Assembly: GCA_905178155.1 (NCBI GenBank)
Contig: CAJINV010000002.1
Location: 5,513,709 to 5,577,708 of the forward strand
DNA length: 64,000 nucleotides
Reading direction: 5' to 3'
Source of the DNA: Amoebophrya sp. A120
Lineage: Eukaryota > Protista > Dinoflagellata
Of this stretch, positions 38,314 to 51,300 are shown piece by piece. Below the pieces are notes generated by a model. The model had not been told where the DNA came from. It made no database searches and saw only the letters and a list, made by a program, of their open reading frames with translations. The translations under genes were made by a program, and so were the position numbers. The number at the start of each line of letters is the position of its first letter. The stretch's first letter is position 1.

Positions 38314-40351
38314 TTTTCGGATTTAAGTTTTACAGCAAGGTGCAGTTAGAAGATGCATCAAAAAGTACAAAAAGTGCATCAAATTTTTACAGTTATCGAA
38401 AAAAAGCTCCCCATCCCAATAGTGTACAACTTGTCCAAAAAAAAGCCTGTGCGGCGCTGTCCGAATAATATCAACGACTTTTTGTCACGAACCACAACAT
38501 TGACCAAAAACGATTCACGAAGGTGGGGCGAGAAATGTTGATAATGCAGCAAACTTCGTTGCTAATGCTATCCGAAGTCACATGAAGCTATACTACGAAA
38601 CATGCAACGAGAAAAGGTGGCGGGGGGACATTTTTCGAAAGCTATGGCCTTCATTTCCCACGAATCAAAAAAGTCTCCAAGAAAACGACCCAAAAACGAA
38701 TACGAAGAAGTAGTGAATCAGGATTGATTAAGCGCTTCTATCCACGACTTTCCTTGCAAAACGAAATACCAAAGAAATGGAGACTTACCACGATAAAAAA
38801 TGGCCCTGTAACTACCGCAAACAGGACGGAACCTGATGAGGACAGAGGAGCTCAAGGACAAGTAGGAACAGAAGAAAAAATCATGAACGTACACGGGTGC
38901 AGTGACGTAAGTACACAACAAACCGAAGCAGCACAGCTACGGGACACACAAATGTATTTTCCATGCCGAATTATGTTAGTTTTCTGTTCAACAGCCTTGC
39001 GCGAGCGACTTTCTTTTCATCTTCCGGGTTTCTTTTTTCCAAAAAACGAAAATGACCAATTGGTTGTCTTTTAGCACATCGTAGCGATGCGAGCGTTAGG
39101 AGTAGAGCGTCCTCCTGTATTTGTCGGTGTCTTGGACCTAAATTACTGGGTAAAGTGCAATAGGCCAAAAACATTGACACGACCCTCTTACTTGTTTCCG
39201 CACCGCAACCATGTCGCGCCAAGTAGTCGTGGGCCTATTTCGTGCTTTCGGCCGCGTGGTTCCTTGGTGACACTTCAGGACTTTATTCGGGTCAATACTT
39301 TCTTTTATCCATACTTTTATTCTAGTTTGGGTTAGCGATCCGATCGCGGGCGATCGTTCTAAATACATTACAATTTTTCTTGACTTTATACAAAACACAA
39401 CCATCTTAATCGGGTGATACAACTGAAAAACAACAAATAAAAGTGTCCGTAGAACCAAACCGCTTTCCACGGGTACACTCTTTCGGAACATAAACGAACT
39501 CAGAAAAACAACAAATCGCCTTTTCATACTCCACCCTTCTCGGAGTAACCGCCTATGATTTCGAGCACAAATTTCTGACAAACCCTCGCTTCGCGGCTGC
39601 GTCTACAAACTCTTCTGTCCTAGGAACCGCGATGTAGTCTGGCAACACTCCATTTAGCAGGTCGCCTGACTTCTACGATGCACAGGACAACTGGGTTGTG
39701 CTTGTAGACACCAGAATAGTAGCGTACATAGGTAGTTGCAGTTGCATCTGTACTGAAACCTAGAGCTGGTGGCCTTACTATCTCCAAGGAAGAGCAGACA
39801 AAAAAAACTTGGGTTACAGCGTTTGGTTTGATATTCTTGAAATGAAAGTGACTAGATCTTCTGTAGAACGCGATGAGTGATGAAAATGAATCATGATGTT
39901 TGTCCAAAAATTTGTAACAACAGATGGCTCATGTGAAGAAATGTGTATATCTCAATATTCGAGCGCGAGGATAACTTGAAAGCGATACGGTCGCACCAAG
40001 TGGCGTCAGTGGCAGCTACGATCCTTGCAGCCTCCGTCTGCCTCTTTCTCTTTTCCTGAGCGGCGTTCTCATGTAGCGGGGTCGTCGAGCTTGTGATACT
40101 GTGGCAACAAGAAGCTGCATTCCTTGGACCTTCGTCTTTCTTCACTTGGTGAAATCTTTGTTCGCTAGACCATGTAGACCTGCAACAGGAAAATTTGAGT
40201 TCTTGAGAAGGAGAAGGAACCACGCCGCAGGCACGACGAGATTTTACAGCAGTCGATTTACGCCTTCGGGATGACGACGGCCGGCGCACTGTCGATGGAA
40301 GATCTGTTTTCGTTTTCGATTTGATGAATGAAATTCGTTATGCATGGCACA

Positions 40352-40618
40352 CTAACCCATCCCCACATGGTAACTAATGCTCCATCCGCAACACAAATCA
40401 TCGAACCTTTGAAGCAAAAAGAGAGCAAAAATCGAATACACGCTATCCCCGCTCGAGTTCAGCTTGCCCGGCTTCTCGTCCTCCTCGTTGCCGGCCAGGA
40501 ACTCGGGCACCTTGTCCTTCATCTCGGGCGAGAGCTGCTTTTCATTTTCGTATTCGGCCACTTGCTTGTTGATCTCGGATGGCAGCACGTCCAGCTTCTT
40601 CGCGTATCCAGCCGCCAT
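40352..40618 (-). CDS. Possible exon of a small protein (MAAGYAKKLDVLPSE...)
   Basis: GC-rich, coding-like for about 60 codons on the strand of the block. The other exons are unresolved. Confidence 0.4.
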   Translation of the reverse strand: MAAGYAKKLDVLPSEINKQVAEYENEKQLSPEMKDKVPEFLAGNEEDEKPGKLNSSGDSVYSIFALFLLQRFDDLCCGWSISYHVGMG

Positions 40619-42899
40619 TTTCTCAGCACGGTGGTACCCGGAACGCGGAGCTTTACCTGGTTACATTGCACATGCACAATCAAAAAAAAGAGGTCTGATT
40701 CAAGGCTGCCATCCCATACTCACCACGCATTCTACATGACAGACCACGACAGTGATGCAGATCTGCGCATTAGAAATCTACCCGTATCAGCTGAATAAAA
40801 TGGTACCGTCTCGGGGCTTGTTCAAGTTGTGCGTGCGGGTATGGTGGAACGCGTTGTCTCCGTGGAAGAGTATTGGGCGGAAAATTGCTAGTATAGGAAA
40901 AGCACAACCATAACCGACGTATGATCGGTTTATTGTGATGACAGAGCATCGAATTTTTAGCCTCAAAAGCATGAATGTGAAGCCACAACATCATCATCAT
41001 CATGCATCGGCATCGGGATTGGGAATACTAATAACAAATTTTCTGCAGAGAACAAATTGCGATTGTAAGCTTCCTTCTATCCTAGCGCTTTCCCTGAAAT
41101 CGTAGTGTGCGAAGAGAAGTCAATGACGGAGTCATCCTTTTCCGGCTTCTGGGACCGGTACACCTGAAACATGAAGTACATGTCGCGTTTGTTTGTCATG
41201 CGTCGGAGTCACGAGTTCATCATTTTGTCATGCACAATTTGCCAAAGAAAATTTTCCGATAAATAAAGTACCTTCTTCTTCAGGTGGTGCTCCGCGCCCG
41301 CGATCTTCTGCTCCTGAATCTTATCCATCTTGGCGAGTGGGGGTAAAACGACCGGCAGGCGTTTGCAAGTGCTCTATCCAATGCAAAAGCACTTCGCGCC
41401 TCGTCAAGTTGCGCTCCTGCTTTTGCTGCTTCTGCGACGATCGATCGAGTGGAGGGTACTAGCGAGGACTTTCCGTTTCTTACCGTGCGTGGGGGGTTGA
41501 AAATTGTGTTGAGCGACGTCTTTCTTTACACTTTTGTATTTTTTGCTGAAACTACAGAATAGTGTCAGCGACAAATTTTGTCTCGCGTGTTAAGCTTTGT
41601 TCTTCTCGTGACGTAGTCGTGCTACTCTTATTTTTACAGTTCTTTGTCTTTCTACGAAATAGTGATGAAAGTGATTTTTTGGTTGTACTGGGTTACATAC
41701 AAGAATGTGTTCGGAGTCCAGAAAATTTCACAGCTTGTTTGATATTCAAAAGTTCTTTGAGTAAACAACTTTTTTATACTCGCCTTTTCAAATGTTTGTC
41801 TGGTCGGGTTTTCGGAATAAAGATAACTTCATGTATGTGGCAACAAAACCGGGCGCAAATCCGCTATTGTGTACACAACGAAGCAAGTCTGCAAAAAGTA
41901 TCTTTTTTCTTGAACTAGAAAGTTAGACCTTTTCTGACTTGAAGTCAGGTGAGTTTACAACTTCAAGTACTGGAATTCTTCGAACTACAACCCGTTTGCC
42001 TTTGCCGATGCGGACAACACAACAACTCCTTATTGTCTCGGTTCGTGTATTTCTACTTGTACTTTGTTCTACTTTGCTGTGCTTTTTGACAGTCCGGCAC
42101 TCGCTGTCCTAAGTTGTACCTGAGTAGATCTTGTAGTTTGCTCCTTTGCGGCTTTTGAAACAAATGCCAATCCCCTGCAGTAGTCTGACGTTTGAGATGG
42201 AAGCAAAAATGGGAAGGGGGTTTTATCCCGATCAGATTAGAAGTAACTTAGTGAAGAACACTCTGTCCTCCGAGTCGTCAACAAAGCTGGGTGCTTCCTC
42301 GCCTGCAGTTGTGAAAAGTAGAATTCCATGAATTCATCTTCAGGTCGTACGACACATTGCGATAATTGGGAAAGTAGATCAGAGCGCAAATCCAAGCTCC
42401 TAGTCCTAGTGTACGTTTGGTACTCCCTGCTAATTCGTTGCGAATCAGTCTCAACTCACAACTCGGTCTAGCATTTTCGGGTATAATAATGTGCGCGTCC
42501 ACATAAGTGACGGCACCACCACCACGCACTATCATTCCCATTCAGGGTTGATGAAAAAAAAAACACCGTAGTAATTTTTGGCAGAGCCTCTGTAGTTTTC
42601 CTTACGACGTTAGCGCTGCCCAAAAAAAATTAGGTACGAAGAGCAACCCAAAAAAAACCATGCACGAAAAAACTCGCACAGATGAACGAAGACTGCCAGC
42701 ATCGTAAGGGTGCAGAATACCTGCACGTTTACTCTCAGTTTCTGAAGTGAAAAAACTCATGAACGTCTGAATCACTCGAAGGTCTATTTTATTTTCGTTG
42801 TAGCTGTAATAGTAAGCAACAGCAGCAGGCGCAGGAGCATCGGTCGCAACTTTCATCAACCTCAAGCTCAAGCAGGACAACAGATAGCACATACTTGGT

Positions 42900-45800
42900 T
42901 TAGTATCCCCCGAATGACCCATTTCTCGGACTCAGGCTCATTTGCGTCGAATTATCAGAGTTATCAAATGCAAAAATGTCTGGGTCTGGAAGATTGCCGG
43001 GTTTGTCATGCACATTTTGCATGACTCCTGATGCCTGTGATGCATGCCCTAGCATCACAGATTTTGTGAGGGCTTCCTGATGCCTGTACCGCATGACAAA
43101 TGCTCTTTCCGTGTAGCAAAACTTGGACACTCTTTGCTGCTCATGCAATACAGATTTTTTTAGAATCCAAAATCAGCATGACAAGTTGGATTCTTCCAGA
43201 CCCAGACATTTTTGCATTTGATAAGAGTCGCGACTTGGCAAAGTGTACTGAATCACGGTGCCGGGCGGGTTGAAACCTCGTCCCCGCTGCTGGCCGCTCT
43301 GCCGCCGGTCTTCCGGCTGGAAGGTATTTTTCAAGTTGCTCGCGTTGTAATTATTGGTCGGGCTATGTAGAGTGGTCTCACCGTCCTGAATCAGCCTCAC
43401 CTGATCGGCACCTGAAGCCGCGTGGTCCTCTGCCGCAATCTGATCAAACTGCTTTTGTTTCTGCTTCTTTTTCAGTCGGTCTATCCTCCGAAGAGTGTTC
43501 AGATCCCTGGTCTCCACTTCCGTTGTTGACTTAGATGCAGCTGCTTTGGCACCAGCGCTAGAATTCCTAGTTGCGAACTTATTTTCATCCCTAAGTTGAG
43601 CTCCGCCGGCATTCACAGGTTGGCAGCCATGCAGGTGCTTTTTCCCGCGGCACCGCAAGGCTGCGTCGGTCATGGCGACGGTGTCAAAATTGTCTGTGTC
43701 CTCTAACTCTCCGTCGATTTCAGTTCTACTCCCAACCACTTGGCACTTGATTTTGGGCACCGTGTGCCCACAGCGGTGAATCGCGTCAAACAGGGTAATG
43801 TCGAGGTCCAACTGCCAGTTCTCAAGCGGGTGATCGTAAAAGTCGGACCCAAACGGGTGCTCCAGCTCCACTGCCACGCGCCCGATTCCGAAAAACCCGT
43901 AGACGCAGAAACAAAGCAACGGAATTTTCCAGTGGAGCGCCAGACCGGTTTGGTGGATCACCATGGGGTATGGAATGGAAATAAATGTCTGGCGGGTCTG
44001 GAAAACGAAGAGAGCACGGCTTGTCATGCTCGGTTAAGATGACTCTGAAGTCTGTCAAGCACGTTAAGTACCACACCGCAGCATCTTTTTATCATGCAGA
44101 AACGCAGTTTGTCATGGTCAATAGGCAGCACCTACTAGGTATAGTACTTAAGTCCGAAACTGGTCAGACTTGGCCATCAACTAAGGCATGCTTGCGATCA
44201 TTCAAGCAGATGCAGCACCACAAGTTTATTCCAGGCCTCCCACACAAATTTGCACTTCATAAAGGGATCACGAGTTTGACGAGAAAGAGCGCGAAATTCA
44301 GCATCAACACAAACGGCTTGGGGAACGGGGTGGACCGGATCACCATAGCCGCGTAGAACGCGTCAAGTGCCTCGTCTAAACTAGTGTACAGCCTTGCAAT
44401 CACCGGGGGAGACACAAAGTGCTCGTCGTGGAACCTGCCGGTGAGCAGCATTTGCAGCCACAGAAAGACCTGCAACGGCCCGGAACGCGCGCACGTGTCG
44501 GGGTTCTTTGCCCGATCGAGGTAATACTCGAGTTCGGCTTCCTCGCACAACCTGTAGCCGAGACACTGCTTCATTTCCTTGATGTCCCCGAGCTCGCGGC
44601 TGCCCTCCGCGTGGAACAAAGACAGTAACGCGGCGAGCCGGGTCCGTATCAAATGCAAATACATGTCCGGGCCTGTAAACTTGCGTTGCTGACACTCGCA
44701 TGCCAGAGTACTTAGGCGCTTGTACGGCATAGCAGCATCAGAAGTAGAAGTAGGAGGATCTATGCAGATTCATTCAATCGCAAAAGACATGTTGACACAC
44801 TGGCTTCCAGACCGAAAAAAAATTGAAAGATTGGCCAATCGTGTTCATGCATAGTACAGATCTTGCTGTTCTTCTTCTTCAGATCTCCCATCACAAATCC
44901 AGACCCAGACATATTGATTTGCAATGCATAGTGCGGAAAACCGCCTTGCTCTCATCGGAGACCACGGAGTATTGGTCGAAGGCCATCGCAAAGTATGCTG
45001 TGTAAAAGCGTCCCCGAACCGGATTTGTCATGCAAATCTGCAAGCCTAAAGCGTTTCTCATGCGTACTTAGCCTCATGAAGAGCATTCTGCAATGCTGTG
45101 TGTCTCGCAGTTTGTGGCGCCAGAAGCAGGAGGAAGCGATCGATGGATCTGTGACGCAGCTGCATTTTTAGCTACACACATTTGAACTGCGGGCCCAGGC
45201 TTGTCATGCGCAACAGAAAAGTTCCCATTTTGACTCTCCTGTGGTCGTGTTGAAGACGTTTTTACACATGGGATACCATGAAGTGCACGTTTATCAGCTT
45301 CGACGCAAACCGATCGCAGAGTCGCCGGCTGTCCCACCACCGCATGTACGCCAGGTTGATGCGGAACACGAGCGTGAAGGCCAGGATGCCCGTGAACAGC
45401 GTCACAATGGTTTCGTCCAGCATGGCCGGAAAAAGCTCCCCGGGGGACCATTCCTCGGCATAGTGAAACAGGAGGAGCGCCACGACGGAAAGCGAATTGT
45501 GGTACATGAGCGACTGGTACATGCCGACGCCGTATTTCTGCCGCGTGAACCACTCCGACCAGGTCTCGTTTTCCGGATCATCGTCGTAAGACAGTTCCCG
45601 CAGCGGGGACCAGCGAGACGCAGTCAGCGCGAAGAAAGGAACGGCGTACCCGAGCGAGCCGATGGTTTCGCGAGTGTTCAAAAGTTTGCCGGTGTCGTCT
45701 GATGTGGAGGATGAGATTTATTCTTTTCTTTGCCGTCGGAGGCAACTTCATGTCATCGTTTCACTGGTGCACTAATACTTCTGTGGTATCTGAGTACGTA

Positions 45801-46074
45801 GAGGACCTCTGTGGTGCACTACCTTCTTCTTCTAGTCTACGTAGTGCTTTCAGTACTCGAGGAGAACGAGGACTTACATTCAAAAATTTTTACGAATTAG
45901 TACTCACAACGATAGATAAAGAATACCCGTCGCCTGCCTCTCACTGGCTGGGAGTTTGAGTGTGACCTTGCCCAGATCTCTCTCCGTAGTGAATTCCTGC
46001 TCCACACGCGCTGGCGGGTGCAGCTCCGCGTGCGAGGGGTGGTGTTGTTGCTGATGCGCTACTTCCTGCGCCAT
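42900..46074 (-). CDS. Bestrophin-family anion channel, paralog 1 (5' end uncertain)
   Basis: LAFTLVFRINLAYMRWWDSR, IRSTPFPKPF and ELEHPFGSD motifs. Four elements are removed in frame. Stop at 42900. The first exon from ATG 46074 through a possible GT-AG intron is tentative. Confidence 0.85.
42962..43223. mobile_element. Introner family A
   Basis: Perfect agagt; 267 nt; nearly identical to 22200-22461. Confidence 0.95.
43969..44261. mobile_element. Introner family A, diverged
   Basis: tgggg/aaggg; 298 nt matches the frame. Confidence 0.8.
44647..44930. mobile_element. Introner family A, diverged
   Basis: gtccg/gtgcg; 289 nt. Confidence 0.85.
44994..45275. mobile_element. Introner family C, diverged
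   Basis: caaag/ccatg; 287 nt; restores KLINVHFMAMAFDQY. Confidence 0.8.
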
Positions 46075-48373
46075 TTTCTTCTTTTTTACCTTGATGCAGC
46101 TTCAGCTTCAAGTCCCAGTTACATAATCACCGGCATGATCAGAGGACGATCTCGTAGTAGTCGTACCCACTGATCAGTGTGCTGCTACACGCTGAGCCGG
46201 CGTCTGGCAGTGAAGACGGGCTCGAGTCGGTCGTGGAAAAATAAAGGCAGCGATTGAATGAAGTCCTCCGGGGTCTTGGTGTAATTATTTGGCTTTTCGT
46301 GCGGTAGCAGTGCGTCGGCGTCCAGCAATGGGACCTTGTAATAATTCTTGGATCAAAAAAAATCAGCAAGCAAAATTTGTTTTTATCTTGGGATAATGAT
46401 TTGTTTGATAAGTACACATGTTTCTCTTCAAAAGCCTGCATGCATGCTATCGTACACTCCAATAGTGAGTGGGAAAGACAAAGACATAGCGTTTCCACAT
46501 GAAAATCAACATCCAGTAACATAGGTGACTGCGCCAAGGGATACGATACAATGGGGAGAGTGTGGTCCTGACAGAGGATATTTTGATAACATACAGAATT
46601 ATCGACGTCTTCTGCTGCTAGTTGAGAAGAGCATGCTGTCACCGAGGCGGGTTTTTTGTTCGCCCGAAAACTAAGTAGTTACGCACAGTGCTGAAGATCG
46701 TCGCTTCGGCAGCGAATTGCGTAGACAGTGGAAGGAGGACTATCACGAGACGGAGCACGTTTGTCTTACCGATCTCGACCGACTGCCTGCTGCGACTAAT
46801 TTTCCTCTTCCCAAGGACCGCACCGATTTCGTTCACAAGCAATGTTCTTCTTCAGAACCGAGACCGACTTTTATTTCTTCACACTATCAAGTTACACCAT
46901 CGTACTTACTAGACAAATGCACATCGATCCGCACACACGAAATCCACGGAGCTGAACAAACTAGAAAGGTATTCGGTTGGGAGAAGCTGCGAAAAAGGAA
47001 TCTACTCCAAGAGCAGAGCGATCTTTTGTAGCTGCTGGTCTAATTGAGAAAGTGGCGTGAGTCTTTAGTTGTTAGTCCAGGTCGTCCCGCCTTTTCAGTG
47101 ATATTACTATTAGAATGAATTCCTCATTAGTTGTTGCCATCGCAATCGCAAACTGCACGCGTTATGCACTTACGCCAACCGTCTTCGTAACTGAAATCAA
47201 GTCACTAAAAAACGAAAATTGTATAAGAAAAACCATTGTGTCCGAAACTTTGCAAGATGAGAAGCTGTGTTCGCACCTTTTGCAGGTGCGTACTTCTACA
47301 TGCAGCTCTATTATTATGATCGAAGCCACAGGTGACGCCGACCACTGTGCACAAACATCGCACGTACAAGGGGCCCATTGGATCTCAGTGCATCGTAGGA
47401 TCTGTCACGGCAGGATCTCTCGCACCCGGAGTAGGTGCTCTTTCGGTCCCTCTCTCCTATCCCTAGGAGTGCCCTCACGGCTCGGAGGCGCGTCGGACGT
47501 AGTGCCTCGCGAACACCAACACCTCCCCACGACTGCCGTTGATTTTCGTCCGATTTGGAATTGCACTGCGTAGCCACCGCAAGCATTTGCATGTCTGGGG
47601 GCGCTCAACTCGTGGGCGGTTGTGCGCCGCCAGTGTGTTGCTGTGTGGCCGTTTCAGTGGTGCCACAGGGCTCGCCTGTCGTGGCGCGCTCTTCATAGTA
47701 CCGACCAACCGGGTGGCCGCGCACTATCAACGGTCGGCGCTATAATTCTCGGCATGGGCTTGGCCGAGCTCGGATAAGGGGCGGCATCCGGGAGGGTGGG
47801 GTGGCCAGCCATCTGGGTGGCTGCGCTCCCCTAACGGTAGCGCAGCTGCGCTCGTCGGCGGTGCCACTCGGCTTGCTGCCCGGTCGCGTCCCGCGGACGC
47901 GCGAGGTGCAGCCGCGGCACCCGAGTGGCAGGCAACAAACAGCACAGCGGCGGCGTGCCTTTTTGTTGCGAACCTGCGCAGCAGCGCACGCGCATGGGCC
48001 ATGGAGCTGCTTGCTGCTTTCCGCAGAACAACAAGGCCTGCGCGTATATATATGGTCTACTAGGTGACATCATGAGAGGCGGTGGCCCTCATTCACTGGG
48101 GCCACTCTTTCAACCTACCAGATCTACTAACCGCTTGCCCTGATAAGCATGCGGCCTGCTTCTCCCCACGTTACGACCGGGAGATCTCCTCAGGCGACGG
48201 CCTTCACAGGAGGTCTACATGCAGCTCTACTACTTTTCCTTTCCGTAAATGTAGTACACGACAAACACACCCGAATTCAACATCTTGAAAGTCAAATTTA
48301 CCAAAAATTGTCCAATGGCAAGAATGCCGCTGAAGAACTTCTCCGAACAAGACATTCGAGCTACTGCTCATTG

Positions 48374-51300
48374 TTACTTCTGACTAAATCGCATGGTTCG
48401 CTCGGGCGATTTATTTTCCGGACCCGTGCCGCTGCCAGAGCCAGAACCCATCGTAGTACTATTGCCACGATGAAAAGGATTCTGTGCCTGGTCAGAAGTC
48501 ATCGGCACAGCTGCTGCACCAGGATCGGTGAGTCTAGGCGTTGTTATGCCCGCCTGCGGTCGCTCCCCAGCGCTAGGGAAACTGTCGCAGCCCCTGCTCG
48601 CGCCGCCCGCGTGCACAACTTCTACTTGTTCTCCGCGACTCTTTTTGAACGGGCTGAGAAACGGTTGGGGTCCGCCGTGTCCTCCCGAACCTCCCATCGC
48701 AGGGGCGGTCATTTGCAACATGGCCGTGCTATCATGATCCACGACCTGTGCGCCCCCAGTTTTAGCTGAGAACTCGCTCCGGGTCCTACAACTACCGTAG
48801 AAATTTTTGTCCGACGGTCTGGTCACCAGACCGCTCGGCTGCTGCTGATGTTGACCGTCTTGCAAATACGAAGCGTGGTCCGCAAGTGGTCGTAGATTAG
48901 TATGCTGGTTCTGCGTCGTCAACATTTGCATCTGCTGTGAAGATGGAGATACTCTCAAATAACCCGCAGCGCTTTCGCGATTCCGATTTACCGCATCGTC
49001 TTCTGTACCACACGCAGCACGATGCGGTGTCTCCTGCGGGCCGCGGTGTGCACTATTGTCGTCATCGGCTAAACGCAACGGGGGGTAGTTCGAACTAAAA
49101 TTGTGCGAGGCCGGACTACTCGACCTGGTATTACTGTTTATCTGGACCACGTTGTTGTCAGCATCATCTGCATCCAGATGTATTTGGTTGCTCATGTGGC
49201 GCATGTGATGTGAAGAATAGGCTGAAGAATGGTGCTGGGAAAGCTGCAGGTCGCTTGGACCTGGGCCTCCCGCAACTCCAGATCGCGGAAATAATCCGTT
49301 TCTCCCACTACCGTTCGTACCATTTTGGCGTTGCCCAATTGGAGTCATGACCGGGCTGTCCGTGCTGTCTTCTGCGGTCCTGCCCGGCTGCCGTTTTTCT
49401 CTTTGCTGCGCTTGAGGAACAGAAGTGCACCCGTGTTGCGTCCGGGTCTGCGGTGCGGCTCCAGGAAGAAATTCACTCGAAGATGCGGATCGTGGCTCTT
49501 GCGCTGCTTGCCGTTCGTTCTTTTCGCTGGGGAACGAAGAAAAGTCGTGCTGCACTCTGTTATTTATTCCCGTATTCTGAAGCCCACCAGGATTCTTCTC
49601 TATTTGTTCCGACGTCGCGTTGTCTGCTAGTACTCGCTGCTGACCACGCTGCTGCAGCTCACGATGACCGTTTGCGTCTTTATGCAAAACGGACGACGAT
49701 ACACTTGATTGTGGTTTCCTTTCATCTACTACTTGGGAGGTGAACATGGCTGGACTCGCCTTCAGCAACGTGGGCGCTGGGTAGTCGTAGTCGTAATTGA
49801 AATTCGCTTGTTTCTGATTTATTGGTTGTCCTTGTAGTACATCATTGTCTCGTCCTGTAGTTTTCGCATTTGCAGCCATGACCGGCGGTAATGAAGATCG
49901 TTGCTGCTCTCCTGGTACTGCTGGCGGCATCAAGGGATTATTAATAATGTACTGTTCCCTACTAGAAGAAGTTGTATAATGATCCAATGCTGCCCCAAGA
50001 AATAATTCCTCGGCTGCATGGTGACTTGTCGCTCGCCCAATTGTGCTACTCCGGGTGCCGCTCGGGTTGGCTACCAGAGAATTGTGATCCTCGTCCTCCC
50101 CTCCTGCAGTGTCGTCGCCGAAACTGACGGAAGAAGCCCGCCCGCCAGACGAGAAATTTGGCCCGCTGAAAGTAGAAGTTGTTTTCGCGATGACTTCCGG
50201 CACCTGGAAGGAAAAGCCGTTGCGGCAAAACACCAAATCGAGGAGAACTAGGTGCCGAAAGGAAAAATCTCCCCTCCCCATATCAAAACGGAACTTCTGA
50301 TGCTGGATTTGTGTATACGAATCAGCTTTGTATTGCAGAGAGGCATTGCGGCCAGACCCCAGGCTGGGTCGGGGCGTCTTCCTCTAGTTGTTCAGCATGG
50401 CAAACGGCCCCCCTTTAGGCCCAAGAGCATGACAAATCGCTTCCATAATGGGGCGGAAGCTTCTGCCCTTGTCTTCTTGCAAGACAAATGTGATTTGTGA
50501 CCTCAAATCAGCAAGACAAATTTTCGGAACCATACCTTTTCAATATGGGGAGGGGGAGTTTTTCCTTTCAATACTAGGTCGAAGTCGGACTGCCAATGCT
50601 CCAGGGGGTGGTCAAAAAAATCCTCGCCGAAGGTATAACCCGCTCAGATGTTACAATCTCAAACGTTACGATAGAATATGGAAATCTGTGATGCAAGAGT
50701 GCATGATCTAGCCAACTCTCATAGGATTGCGCATGACAACTTCCGGAGCCCCGACCCTCACTACAATCTGGCGAAATTTGTATCGCAAAAGGTGGAACGC
50801 TGCGCGACGAGTCTGTCATGCTCATCATGCAACACATATTCCAGATTCTATTGTAACGTTTGAGATTGTAACGTTTGAGCAAGTCATAGAACGGATCCTC
50901 TAGCTCGCTCGCGACCTGGGCGAGCGCGAAGAAGCCAAAACAGGAGCAGTTGTTCAGAAGGATGATGGAGATTAGGTTCGGGAAAAGCGCCGCGTGGATC
51001 ACGATCGGGATCAGAAACAAGGTCAAGAACAAGCCGATGTTGATGATTTGCGTGAACGGCTTGGGGAAGGGGGTCGTTCGGATCAGCAACGCATCAAAGT
51101 AAGCCTCCACCGCCTCGTCGAGCAGCGAATTCAAACGCGCGATGATGGGAGAAGGAACCTTGATTGAACAAGCAGTGCCGTACTTCTTTTGATTTTCGCT
51201 ATCGTGTTACAACTTCTGCTTCATTGATTGTAAAATGATGGTACTAGGAGCATCTAGTTCTACTGCTTCTTCATAATTTCAATTTCGTAGTTTTGTTTCG

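Noticed and set aside
38400-42850. Scattered ORFs of 60-150 aa
   Set aside because: AT-rich with non-coding composition. Only 40352-40618 is kept, at low confidence.
46139-48300. Short ORFs and a GC-rich patch between the bestrophins
   Set aside because: I could not recognise a domain, TIR or consistent frame. It may be non-coding DNA or a decayed element.
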